A stretch of 64,000 nucleotides of DNA. Origin: Gemmatimonadota bacterium. GTDB lineage: Bacteria > Gemmatimonadota > Gemmatimonadetes > Longimicrobiales > Gaopeijiaceae. Position 1 is the stretch's first letter; every line of letters starts with the position of its first letter. The position numbers and the translations under genes are program-made. Of this stretch, positions 1 to 8,711 are shown one piece after another. The notes under the pieces were generated by a model, which ran no database searches, had not been told where the DNA came from, and saw nothing but the letters and a program-made list of their open reading frames with translations. Location: NCBI GenBank assembly GCA_034521595.1, contig JAXHMG010000003.1:2976001-3040000 (forward strand), written 5' to 3'.

Positions 1-4
1 GCGC

Positions 5-1162
5 ATGAACCGCATCCTGTCCATCGATCCCGAGAATCGGCTGGCCCGGGTGCAGCCGGGGGTCGTGAACGGTCGGCTGACCGAGGCGACCCGGCCGCAC
101 GGGCTGTACTATGCGCCCGACCCGTCATCACAGAGCACGTGCACGCTGGGCGGCAACGTGGCCGAGAACTCCGGGGGGCCCCATTGCCTCAAATACGGCG
201 TCACCGGGCGGTACGTCACGGGACTCACGGTGGTCCTCGGCGACGGTGAGGTGCTGCGGTTGGGGGGCGCGGGGCGGGCGCCGGACGATGCGCTCGATCT
301 GGTCGGACTCTTCGTGGGCTCGGAGGGCTGCTTCGGTATCGCGGCGGAGATCGAAGTGTCCCTGCTTCCGGTCAGCGAAGGGGTGCGGACCCTGCTCGGC
401 ATCTTCGAAACCATGGAGGACGCCGGGCACGCCGTGACCGCGATCATCGGAGCCGGGATGCTGCCGGCCGCCCTCGAGATCGTCGACGCTGCCACCATCC
501 GTGCGGTGGAGGCGAGCGTCTTCGCAGCCGGCTATCCGACCGACGCCGGTGCCGCGCTCGTCGTGGAGTTCGACGGGACCGAAGCCGGCCTCGATGCCGA
601 CGTGGAGCGAGCGGCGACCTGCTGCCGCGAAGCGGGGGCTCGGGACGTGCAACGGGCGACGGACGAGGCGCACAGGCTAGCCCTCTGGAAGGGCCGAAAG
701 AAGGCGTTCGGCGCCATGGGTCGGATCGCACCCGATCTCCTCGTGCAGGACGCGACGGTGCCCCGGACCCGCTTGCCGCAGGTGCTCGCGGGCGTTGCCG
801 AGATCGGCCGGCGATACGGGCTCGAGATCGCGAACGTCTTCCACGCGGGAGACGGGAACCTACACCCGAACATCATCTTCGACCGGCAGGATCCGGACCA
901 GCTTTCACGGGTCGAGGCGGCGTCGAAGGAGATCATGGCGCTCTGTGTCGAGGCGGGCGGAACGATCACGGGCGAGCACGGGGTGGGCGTCGACAAGCGA
1001 CAGTACATGCACCTCGTGCACGGGTCGGACGAGCTCGAAGCGATGGCCGACGTGAAGGCGGCGTTCGACCCGATGGGCCTCTTCAACCCCGGCAAGGTCC
1101 TGCCGGACGCCGAGCCACGCTCGAGCGGAGAGTCGGCGATGGTGACCGAGAGCGTCTCGTGA
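5..1162 (+). CDS. glcD: FAD-linked oxidase, glycolate oxidase subunit GlcD (5'-truncated by window edge)
   Basis: Motifs YAPDPSS..CTLGGNVAENSGGPHCLKYGVT, HAGDGNLHP, ITGEHGVG, FDP.GLFNPGK. The N-terminal part is missing. Followed by glcE/glcF. Confidence 0.9.
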   Translation: MNRILSIDPENRLARVQPGVVNGRLTEATRPHGLYYAPDPSSQSTCTLGGNVAENSGGPHCLKYGVTGRYVTGLTVVLGDGEVLRLGGAGRAPDDALDLVGLFVGSEGCFGIAAEIEVSLLPVSEGVRTLLGIFETMEDAGHAVTAIIGAGMLPAALEIVDAATIRAVEASVFAAGYPTDAGAALVVEFDGTEAGLDADVERAATCCREAGARDVQRATDEAHRLALWKGRKKAFGAMGRIAPDLLVQDATVPRTRLPQVLAGVAEIGRRYGLEIANVFHAGDGNLHPNIIFDRQDPDQLSRVEAASKEIMALCVEAGGTITGEHGVGVDKRQYMHLVHGSDELEAMADVKAAFDPMGLFNPGKVLPDAEPRSSGESAMVTESVS

Positions 1163-2421
1163 GCACGCTCGCGGACGTGCTTCCCGTGGAGGCCCTCGAG
1201 GACGTCGGGAGCGCACCGGAGCTTCCGGGCGCCGACGCCACCGTCGACGCCTTCGTTCGGCCGCTCGACGTGGCCGAGGTGGCACGGGCCGTTCGCTGGG
1301 CTCTGGAGGACGGTCGGTGCGTGGTGCCCGTCGGCACGGGCCGACATTTGCACCGTATGGCCGTCCCTCGGCGCTGCGTGGTCCTATCGACATCACGCAT
1401 GCGCGGGGTCGAGACCTACGAGCCCGCGGATCTCACGCTCACGGCCGGGGCGGGCACGCCGATCGCCGAGCTCACCGAGGCCCTCGCACCGCACGACCAG
1501 TGGCTCCCGTTCGATCCGCCGGACGCGGAATCGCGCACCCTGGGTGGGCTCGTCGCTTCGGGGCTGTCCGGGCCGCTCGGCACGGGGTACGGAACGCTCC
1601 GCAACCACGTGCTGGGCGCGACGGTCGTGCGCGGGGACGGTCGCGCGCTGCGGCTCGGTGGCCGCGTGGTCAAGAACGTGGCGGGTTTCGACCTGTTGCG
1701 GCCGATGGTCGGGAGCCGGGGTGGATTGGGCGTGCTCACGTCGGTGTGTGTGCGGGTCTTTCCGGTGCCGCAGGCCGACCGCCTTCTCGTCGCCCGCGCG
1801 GATGATCCCGAGCAGCTCGTCGCGGCGGCACGTGCGGTCGCCACGGCTCCGCTCCTCCCGGCTTCCCTCGTGCTCGTCGCCGGTGTCGAGGGGCATGGTG
1901 GCGCGGCCGCCCTCCTCGTGCGACTGCACGGTGCTCGCGCGACGGTCGACGCGGATCAGGCGACCTTGGAGCGGTGCATCGGATCCGGGTTGGAGGTTCT
2001 CGAGGGAGAAGACGCGCGCGTTTTGGTCCGTGCGGCCAGGGACCACCCTGCCGCTTCCGGGATCGGGTTGGCCTCCGTCCTGCCGGCATGCCTGGGGCCG
2101 GCCCTCGAAGCCGTCCGTGCCTCCGTGGGCTCGGTGGACCTCGCGGCCGACGCGAGCGCGGGGTCGATCCGTTTCGCGTTTCCGGCGGAGGCTGCATCCG
2201 GGCTGGCTGGGCTTCGTGAGGCTCTCGAAGGGCTCGGCGGTTCCCTGGGCCTCGAACGCTTCCCGGCCGACCTCGAGCTTCGGCGTGAGGACGTGGTGAC
2301 GCCGCCGGGGCCGGGAGAGGTGGCGCTGGCCGAACGGGTGCGCGCGGCGTTCGATCCGTCCGGTGTGTACTGGCCGAGCACGTCGCGAGCCGCGAAGTCT
2401 TCCGTGGTGGGGGTCGGCTGA
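1159..2421 (+). CDS. glcE: Glycolate oxidase FAD-binding subunit GlcE-like
   Basis: Motifs YEPADLTLTAGAGT and GGRVVKNVAGFDL..GSRG.LG. GTGA overlap with glcD. Confidence 0.8.
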   Translation: MSTLADVLPVEALEDVGSAPELPGADATVDAFVRPLDVAEVARAVRWALEDGRCVVPVGTGRHLHRMAVPRRCVVLSTSRMRGVETYEPADLTLTAGAGTPIAELTEALAPHDQWLPFDPPDAESRTLGGLVASGLSGPLGTGYGTLRNHVLGATVVRGDGRALRLGGRVVKNVAGFDLLRPMVGSRGGLGVLTSVCVRVFPVPQADRLLVARADDPEQLVAAARAVATAPLLPASLVLVAGVEGHGGAAALLVRLHGARATVDADQATLERCIGSGLEVLEGEDARVLVRAARDHPAASGIGLASVLPACLGPALEAVRASVGSVDLAADASAGSIRFAFPAEAASGLAGLREALEGLGGSLGLERFPADLELRREDVVTPPGPGEVALAERVRAAFDPSGVYWPSTSRAAKSSVVGVG

Positions 2422-2423
2422 CC

Positions 2424-3767
2424 GTGGCGCCCGCGACGCCCGCCCGCGATCCGGTGCAGACGCTCGAGACCGCGCTCTCGGCGCAACAGGACCGGCTGCT
2501 CCCCTGCGTCCACTGCGGCTTCTGTCTCCCGGCGTGTCCGACCTACACGCGGCTCGGCGACGAAGCGGATTCTCCGCGGGGCCGGCTGCACCTGATGCAA
2601 GCCGTCGTGGATGGTCGGTTGGATCCCGGAAGCGATGCGTTCCGGACGCATATCGATCGGTGTCTGGGTTGCCGCGCGTGTGAGCCCGTGTGCCCGTCCG
2701 GTGTCGAGTACGGAATCCTCCTCGAGCACGCCCGGGAGGCCTCGATCGCCGCGACGCCGCCGGATCTGCTCACACGGGGACTGCTCGCGATCATGGAGTC
2801 GCGCGTCCTGCGCGCCCTCTTCTTCACGGGGGGACGGGTGATGCGGGCGACGCGGCTCGCCGCGCTCGGTGCCCGTCTGCTCCCCGGTCGAGGCGTGTTG
2901 GGGAGCGCGCGGAGGGGCTTGGCGATGCTGGCCGGAAGCGTGCCGTGGCGCGTCCCGCGCTCCTCGCGCGGGCAGCCGGGGCGGGAGGCCGGGAGCAGCG
3001 AGGACGCCGGCGCCCGTCGAGGCACACGGGTCGGGGTCCTCACGGGGTGCGTGCAGGAGGGGCTCTACAAACGGGTGAACGACGCTACCGTGCGGGTCTT
3101 GGAGGCGAACGGGTTCGAGGTCGTGCAGGTCTCGGGGCAGTCCTGCTGTGGCGCCTTGCACGCGCACGCGGGCGGGCTGGGTGGCGCCAAGGAGCTGGCT
3201 CGGGAGAACATCGAAGCGTTCGAGCGGGCCGGTGTGGATGCCGTCGTGGTGAATGCGGCCGGGTGCGGGGCGAGCATGAAACAGTACGGTGTGCTGCTCG
3301 AAGACGATCCGGCTCATGCGGAGACCGCGGCCCGCTTCGCGGAGAAGGTCCGGGACGTGGACGAGCTCCTGGCCCTGGTGGGACCGCGTCGCGGAGCCGA
3401 GGTGCGCTGTCGCGTGGCGTACGACCATCCGTGTCACCTCCTGCACGCCCAGGGGATCCGCGATGCGCCCCTGCAGGTGTTGGCCGCGGTACCGGGATTG
3501 GAGGTGCAGCCGGTGGAGAACGCGGACGAGTGCTGTGGTGGCGCGGGCATCTACGGCATTACCCATCCCGACCTCGGAGGGCGCATCGGGGACGACAAAG
3601 TCCGGGCGGTCCAGGCCGCCGAGGCGGATGTGGTCGCCACTCCGAACCCGGGTTGCATGATGCAGATCGCCGCCGGGCTCCGCCTGAGCGGATCCTCGAC
3701 CGGAGTCGTGCACCCCGTCGAGCTACTGGACGAAAGCTACCGCAGAGCGGAGTACTACGAGCGATGA
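2424..3767 (+). CDS. glcF: Glycolate oxidase Fe-S subunit GlcF
   Basis: Two 4Fe-4S motifs (CVHCGFCLPACP, CLGCRACEPVCP) and two CCG domains. Confidence 0.88.
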   Translation: MAPATPARDPVQTLETALSAQQDRLLPCVHCGFCLPACPTYTRLGDEADSPRGRLHLMQAVVDGRLDPGSDAFRTHIDRCLGCRACEPVCPSGVEYGILLEHAREASIAATPPDLLTRGLLAIMESRVLRALFFTGGRVMRATRLAALGARLLPGRGVLGSARRGLAMLAGSVPWRVPRSSRGQPGREAGSSEDAGARRGTRVGVLTGCVQEGLYKRVNDATVRVLEANGFEVVQVSGQSCCGALHAHAGGLGGAKELARENIEAFERAGVDAVVVNAAGCGASMKQYGVLLEDDPAHAETAARFAEKVRDVDELLALVGPRRGAEVRCRVAYDHPCHLLHAQGIRDAPLQVLAAVPGLEVQPVENADECCGGAGIYGITHPDLGGRIGDDKVRAVQAAEADVVATPNPGCMMQIAAGLRLSGSSTGVVHPVELLDESYRRAEYYER

Positions 3768-4387
3768 CCGAATCGAACCGAGAGACCCCGGGCCCCTCCG
3801 ATCTCGTATCCCTGGGAGTGGACCATCCGATTTGGAACCGGTTCTTCCATGTCGCGCCACTCATCGTCGTGGCGACCAAGGAACCGGACGGCACCTACGA
3901 CCTGGCGCCCAAGCACATGGCGGCGCCCATGGGTTGGGGCAATTTCTTCGGATTCGTCTGTACGCCCGCTCACGGCACGTACCGCAATATCGAGCGGGAA
4001 GGGGTGTTCACCGTCAGCTTCCCGCGCCCGTCCCAGGTGGTGACCGCCAGTCTCGCGGCGGCTCCGCGCTGCGAGGACGACGAGAAGCCCAGCCTGAGTC
4101 AGCTCCGGACTTTCCCCGCTCGCGAGGTCGAGGGGGTGCTCCTGGAGGACGCGTACCTCCATCTCGAGTGCGAGACGTTCCGTGTCATCGATGGCTTCGA
4201 CGAGAACAGCCTGATCACGGGACGGATCGTGGAGGCACATGTCTCCGAAAACGCGATTCGGCGAGCCGACGTGGACGACCGGGACACCGTCCTGCATGCC
4301 CCGCTCCTGGCATACCTCGCCCCGGGGCGCTACGCGGAGGTGGCCGAGACGTTCGCGTTCCCGTTCCACGCCGGAACGACCCGATGA
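3764..4387 (+). CDS. Flavin reductase-like (FMN-binding split barrel) protein
   Basis: ATG 3764 overlaps the glcF stop (ATGA). Motifs APLIVVATKEPDG..DLAP, TYRNIEREGVFTVS, LECE..GRIV. Confidence 0.72.
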   Translation: MTESNRETPGPSDLVSLGVDHPIWNRFFHVAPLIVVATKEPDGTYDLAPKHMAAPMGWGNFFGFVCTPAHGTYRNIEREGVFTVSFPRPSQVVTASLAAAPRCEDDEKPSLSQLRTFPAREVEGVLLEDAYLHLECETFRVIDGFDENSLITGRIVEAHVSENAIRRADVDDRDTVLHAPLLAYLAPGRYAEVAETFAFPFHAGTTR

Positions 4388-5586
4388 CTCGGGCCGAACG
4401 GACGAGGCCTCCGGAGCAAGAGGTGGTCGAGCCGGGGCGTATGCTCGAGCACGTGCGAGGCTTGCGGAGCGAGTTCGTGGATTTCCTGAGCCGAATGGCG
4501 AGTCTGGAGTCGCCCACCGACGAGCCCGAGCGCCAGCGCCCGGTCCAGCGACTGATCGCGTCCGCCCTCGAAGATCTGGGCTACGAGATCCGCATGGTCC
4601 CGGGCCGGGGGACGGGAGGTCACCTCTACGCCCGACCTCGAGAGCGCGAGCACGGGAAGCACGCGCAGCTTCTCGTGGGACACACCGACACCGTCTGGCC
4701 CGTCGGCACGCTGGAAACCATGCCCGTGAGGGTGGACGGCGATCGGCTCCACGGACCGGGAACACTCGACATGAAGGGGGGGCTCACCCAGATCGTCTTC
4801 GCGCTGCGAGCGTTGCGGGAGCTCGGGATCCGCCCCGAGGTGACGCCGGTGGTGTTCGTGAACTCCGACGAAGAGGTCGGAAGCCCGGATTCGCGGCATC
4901 ACGTTCGCATGCTGGCGCGGCGCGCCTGTCGCGCCTTCGTGCTCGAGCCTGCGCTCGGCCCCGACGCCCGGGTGAAGACCGCCCGGAAAGGGATCGGCCG
5001 GTTCGAGGTGGCGATTCGAGGGCGCGCTTCGCATGCCGGGCTCGATCCGGGGGCCGGAGCCAGCGCGATCCTCGAGCTCTCGCACGTGATTCAACGGCTC
5101 CACGAGCTGAACGATCCGGAGCGGGGCACCACCGTGAACGTCGGCGTGATCGACGGGGGCATCCGACCGAACGTCGTGGCGGCCGCGGCCAAGGCCAGTG
5201 TCGATGCCCGGGTCCGCACCATGGAAGACGCGCGCGCTCTCGAAAGGGCCGTGAACGAGATCCGTGCGGCGACACCGGGCGTCGAGCTCGAGATCACGGG
5301 CGGGATCGCCGTTCCCCCGCTCGAACGGACCCCCCGGAACCGCGCTCTGTGGACCACGGCGCGGGCCGTAGGGGCGGAGCTGGGGTTCGACCTCGACGAG
5401 GGGATGGCCGGGGGTGGCTCGGACGGGAACACCACGAGCCAGTTCACGGCTACGCTCGACGGGCTCGGATGCGTGGGAGACGGCCCCCACGCGGTCCACG
5501 AGCACATCGAGATCGACCCCTCTCTGGAGCGCTGCGCCCTGTTGGCGCGGCTGCTGCTCACGCCGGCATCCGAGGAGAATGTATGA
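4384..5586 (+). CDS. M20 family metallopeptidase / deacylase (glutamate carboxypeptidase-like)
   Basis: Motifs GHTDTV, GPGTLDMKGG, SDEEVGS, VLEP, GGGSDGN, H..HE. ATGA overlap with the previous gene. Confidence 0.88.
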   Translation: MTRAERTRPPEQEVVEPGRMLEHVRGLRSEFVDFLSRMASLESPTDEPERQRPVQRLIASALEDLGYEIRMVPGRGTGGHLYARPREREHGKHAQLLVGHTDTVWPVGTLETMPVRVDGDRLHGPGTLDMKGGLTQIVFALRALRELGIRPEVTPVVFVNSDEEVGSPDSRHHVRMLARRACRAFVLEPALGPDARVKTARKGIGRFEVAIRGRASHAGLDPGAGASAILELSHVIQRLHELNDPERGTTVNVGVIDGGIRPNVVAAAAKASVDARVRTMEDARALERAVNEIRAATPGVELEITGGIAVPPLERTPRNRALWTTARAVGAELGFDLDEGMAGGGSDGNTTSQFTATLDGLGCVGDGPHAVHEHIEIDPSLERCALLARLLLTPASEENV

Positions 5587-6620
5587 CTATGACGGAGCGG
5601 ATGACGCTCGGTTCCGTGACGCGTATCGCCGACCTGGGGACGCCCCCGCTCGACATGGACCGGCTGCCCGTCGACGAGTGGCGCTTCGGCGACTACGTGG
5701 TCGCCGAGGTGCGTGCGGTGCCGCACGGCTCGGTGGGCGGCTTCGAGCTTCCGAATGGGCGTGGCGTCACGCCGATGAAGGGAGACCTGCTCGTCGGGGC
5801 TCTTTCGAGACGGTTCGCCACGCTCGAAGCGACGGGCTCCTTCGAGGCCGTGGGGGACGACGGGGTGATGCACCTACTCACCGACGCCGGATGCTTCGGC
5901 GCGCTCACGTCACGATCTCGGTTCTCTCCTCAGCTCCTCGAGGTCGAGTACCGGGGCCACGTGCTGGTCGACGGCCGGCGGACCACCATGCGGGACTGGG
6001 CCCGAGACCATTCCGGTGAGGACTTCGAGCTACCGGTGGTTCTCATCGTCGGGACGTCGATGTCGGCGGGCAAGACGCACGCGGGGCGGCTCGCGGTGCG
6101 GGCGCTCGCGGGGTCGGGGCACACCGTGGTGGCGGCCAAGCTGACGGGCGCGGGCCGACGGAAAGACGTCCTCGCGTTCGAAGACGCCGGAGCCGCGCAC
6201 GTGTTCGACTTCATGGACGCCGGGTTGCCCACGACGGTATGCCCGCCGGACGAATATCGGGACGCGACGGACGCGCTGCTCTCGAACATGGCCGTGCCCG
6301 GCGCGACCGTGGCGGTCATCGAGGCTGGGGCTTCCCCACTCGAGCCGTACAACGGGGCCACCCTGGTCGACCTGCTCGGGGACCGCGTCGTCTACACGAT
6401 CCTCTGCGCTTCCGACCCGTATGCCGTGGAGGGGATTCGGGTGGGCTGGGGGCGCGACTTCGACCTCGTGTCGGGGCCCGCGGCCAACACCGCCGCCGGG
6501 ATCCAGCTGGTCCGGAGCCTCACCTCCCTGCACGCCCTGGATCTCACCGACGAGGCGTCCGAGGACGAGCTGCGGCGACGGTTGGTGGATGCGTGCGGCT
6601 CCGGGCACGGGCCGGGATGA
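5583..6620 (+). CDS. DUF1611-like P-loop protein
   Basis: ATG 5583 overlaps the M20 stop. P-loop VGTSMSAGKT, plus AAKLTGAG and FDF.DAGLPTT. Confidence 0.65.
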   Translation: MTMTERMTLGSVTRIADLGTPPLDMDRLPVDEWRFGDYVVAEVRAVPHGSVGGFELPNGRGVTPMKGDLLVGALSRRFATLEATGSFEAVGDDGVMHLLTDAGCFGALTSRSRFSPQLLEVEYRGHVLVDGRRTTMRDWARDHSGEDFELPVVLIVGTSMSAGKTHAGRLAVRALAGSGHTVVAAKLTGAGRRKDVLAFEDAGAAHVFDFMDAGLPTTVCPPDEYRDATDALLSNMAVPGATVAVIEAGASPLEPYNGATLVDLLGDRVVYTILCASDPYAVEGIRVGWGRDFDLVSGPAANTAAGIQLVRSLTSLHALDLTDEASEDELRRRLVDACGSGHGPG

Positions 6621-7537
6621 CGGAGGAGCACACCCTTCGCCACTTCGAGACGCTGGCGGACTACCGCGCGTGCGTCGCGCTCCAGGAGGAGATATGGGGC
6701 GCCGGGTTCTCGGAGCGGGTGCCGCTGGCCATCCTGAAAGTGGGCCAGTCCCTGGCCGGGGTCAGCGCCGGCGCGTTCACGCCTTCCGGTCGACTCGACG
6801 GCTTCGTTTTCGGACTCACGGGACTGGATGAAGACGGCGCGCCGGTGCACTGGTCGGATATGCTCGCGGTCCGACCGGGCGTGGCCGGCTCGGGGCTCGG
6901 CACCCGGTTGAAGGCATTCCAGCGCGACGCCCTGCTCGCGCGAGGAGTGTCCCGGATGCTCTGGACGTTCGACCCGCTGCGAGCCCGGAACGCCTACCTG
7001 AACCTCGGGAAGTTGGGAGCCGTCGTGCGCGAGTACCGCCGTGACATGTACGGCGACACGGACTCGGTGCTCCACCGTGGGATCGGAACGGACCGGTTCG
7101 TCACCAGTTGGGATCTCGATCACGAGCGCACCCGGGCGCGGCTCGCCCGGACGTTGGGTGAGGACGTGGGCGCCTCGGATGCGTCCGCGACGTTCCTGCC
7201 CGCTGCCGAGGCCGTGCCGCCCGCGCTGTCCGCGACCACCGACGGTGAGTTGCCTCGGCCGGGGTCACCGCGATTCGACCTGGACGGAACGCACGACCGG
7301 GTGGGCGTCGCGATCCCCGCGGACCTCGGCATGATTCTGGAGCGGGACCCGGACCTGGCCGCGAGCTGGCGAGAAGCCACGCGGTCCGTGTTCGTGCACT
7401 ATCTCGGGCGGCGGTTCGAAGTCCGAGAGCTGCTTCGCGGCCCGGTCGTCGCCACCTATGTGCTCGCACGGCGGAGCGCGCCGGACGAGCCGGGCGAAGG
7501 TGCGAAGCCCGCCACGGCTCCGGAAGACCGATTTTGA
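6617..7537 (+). CDS. GNAT-family N-acyl (succinyl/acetyl) transferase
   Basis: Motifs CVALQEEIWG, HWSDMLAV..G.G..LK..QR, WTFDPLRARNAYLNLGKLG, TDRF. This type typically lies next to OSBS/NSAR. Confidence 0.8.
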   Translation: MTEEHTLRHFETLADYRACVALQEEIWGAGFSERVPLAILKVGQSLAGVSAGAFTPSGRLDGFVFGLTGLDEDGAPVHWSDMLAVRPGVAGSGLGTRLKAFQRDALLARGVSRMLWTFDPLRARNAYLNLGKLGAVVREYRRDMYGDTDSVLHRGIGTDRFVTSWDLDHERTRARLARTLGEDVGASDASATFLPAAEAVPPALSATTDGELPRPGSPRFDLDGTHDRVGVAIPADLGMILERDPDLAASWREATRSVFVHYLGRRFEVRELLRGPVVATYVLARRSAPDEPGEGAKPATAPEDRF

Positions 7538-7565
7538 CCTCCACCATGACGGGAGCGCGACCTTC

Positions 7566-8675
7566 ATGAGAATCGAGCGTGCGGTGCTGCGGGAGCTTTC
7601 CATGCGGCTGCGCCAGAAGTTCGAGATCAGCAGTGGCGTGACCGACCAGCGAAGGGTCGTGTTGCTGACGCTTCAGGGCGAGGGGCTGGAGGGGTGGGGC
7701 GAATGTGTCGCGGGGGAGACGCCCGCGTACGCTTACGAAACGACCGACACGGCCTGGCACGTCCTCACCGAGCACATTCTGCCCGCGGTGGTGGGGCGGG
7801 ACGCCGCCGACCCGGAAGACATCCTCACCCCGGCCAGGTGGATCCGCGGCCATCGCATGGCGAAGGCGGCCGTCGAGATGGCGGGATGGGACCTCGCCGC
7901 GCGCGCCCTCGGCAGCTCTCTCGCGAGCGTGCTGGGTGGAAGCCGCGACGCGGTTCCCGTGGGGGTGAGCGTCGGTCTCCAGGAGACGGACGAGGCATTG
8001 ATCGAGCAGGTCGCCGAGTACGTCGGCGAGGGGTATGCCCGCGTGAAGGTGAAGATCAAGCCCGGGCGCGACGTGGAAATGCTCCGCGCCCTCCGTGCGC
8101 GTTTCCCGGAGCTGCCGGTGATGGCCGATGCGAACTCCGCCTACACGCTCGCGGATTCCGCGCGCCTCGAGGAGCTGGACGGGCTGGAGCTCACCATGAT
8201 CGAGCAGCCGCTCGGCTACGACGACTTCCTCCACCACGCGCGGCTTCAACGTGTGATCGAGACGCCGATCTGCCTCGATGAGTCCGTGTGCTCCGAAGGA
8301 GACCTGGAGCTCGCGCTGGAGCTCGGCAGCTGCCGGATCGTGAACATCAAGCCGGGCCGGGTCGGTGGGCTGGGCGTGAGCCGCCGGATCCACGACGCCA
8401 TGCGGGAACGGGGGCTGCCGGTGTGGTGCGGCGGCATGCTCGAGAGTGGTGTCGGTCGCGCGCACAACGTCGCCCTCGCCTCGCTCCCGGGCTTCACGCT
8501 CCCCGGCGACATCTCCGCGAGCCGGCGGTACTGGGAGCAAGACATCGTCCGTCCGGAGTTCGAGGTGCGGAGCGATGGGCACATGGCGGTGCCCACGGGT
8601 CCGGGCATCGGCGTGGAAGTCGACCTCGACCGGGTGAAAGCACTCACGGTGCGAGAAGCCGTGGTCGGCGGTTGA
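7566..8675 (+). CDS. menC: o-succinylbenzoate synthase / N-acylamino acid racemase (enolase superfamily, NSAR/OSBS)
   Basis: KxK motif (VKVKIKPG), metal ligands DANS, EQP and DES, plus NIKPGRVGG, WCGGMLE and LPGDIS. Confidence 0.87.
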   Translation: MRIERAVLRELSMRLRQKFEISSGVTDQRRVVLLTLQGEGLEGWGECVAGETPAYAYETTDTAWHVLTEHILPAVVGRDAADPEDILTPARWIRGHRMAKAAVEMAGWDLAARALGSSLASVLGGSRDAVPVGVSVGLQETDEALIEQVAEYVGEGYARVKVKIKPGRDVEMLRALRARFPELPVMADANSAYTLADSARLEELDGLELTMIEQPLGYDDFLHHARLQRVIETPICLDESVCSEGDLELALELGSCRIVNIKPGRVGGLGVSRRIHDAMRERGLPVWCGGMLESGVGRAHNVALASLPGFTLPGDISASRRYWEQDIVRPEFEVRSDGHMAVPTGPGIGVEVDLDRVKALTVREAVVGG

Positions 8676-8711
8676 CCGGAGCGCTGGTCGGTGTGCCGCC
8701 AAAACGGTGGC

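Noticed and set aside
1956-3713. Long antisense and alternate-frame ORFs here and throughout (e.g. 16359-18068, 39850-41592, 49292-50953, 58417-60582)
   Set aside because: Shadow ORFs expected in high-GC DNA. They overlap well-supported genes and have no recognisable motifs.
7566-8675. Menaquinone biosynthesis operon
   Set aside because: No other men genes are nearby, and the GNAT/M20 context favours a racemase role.
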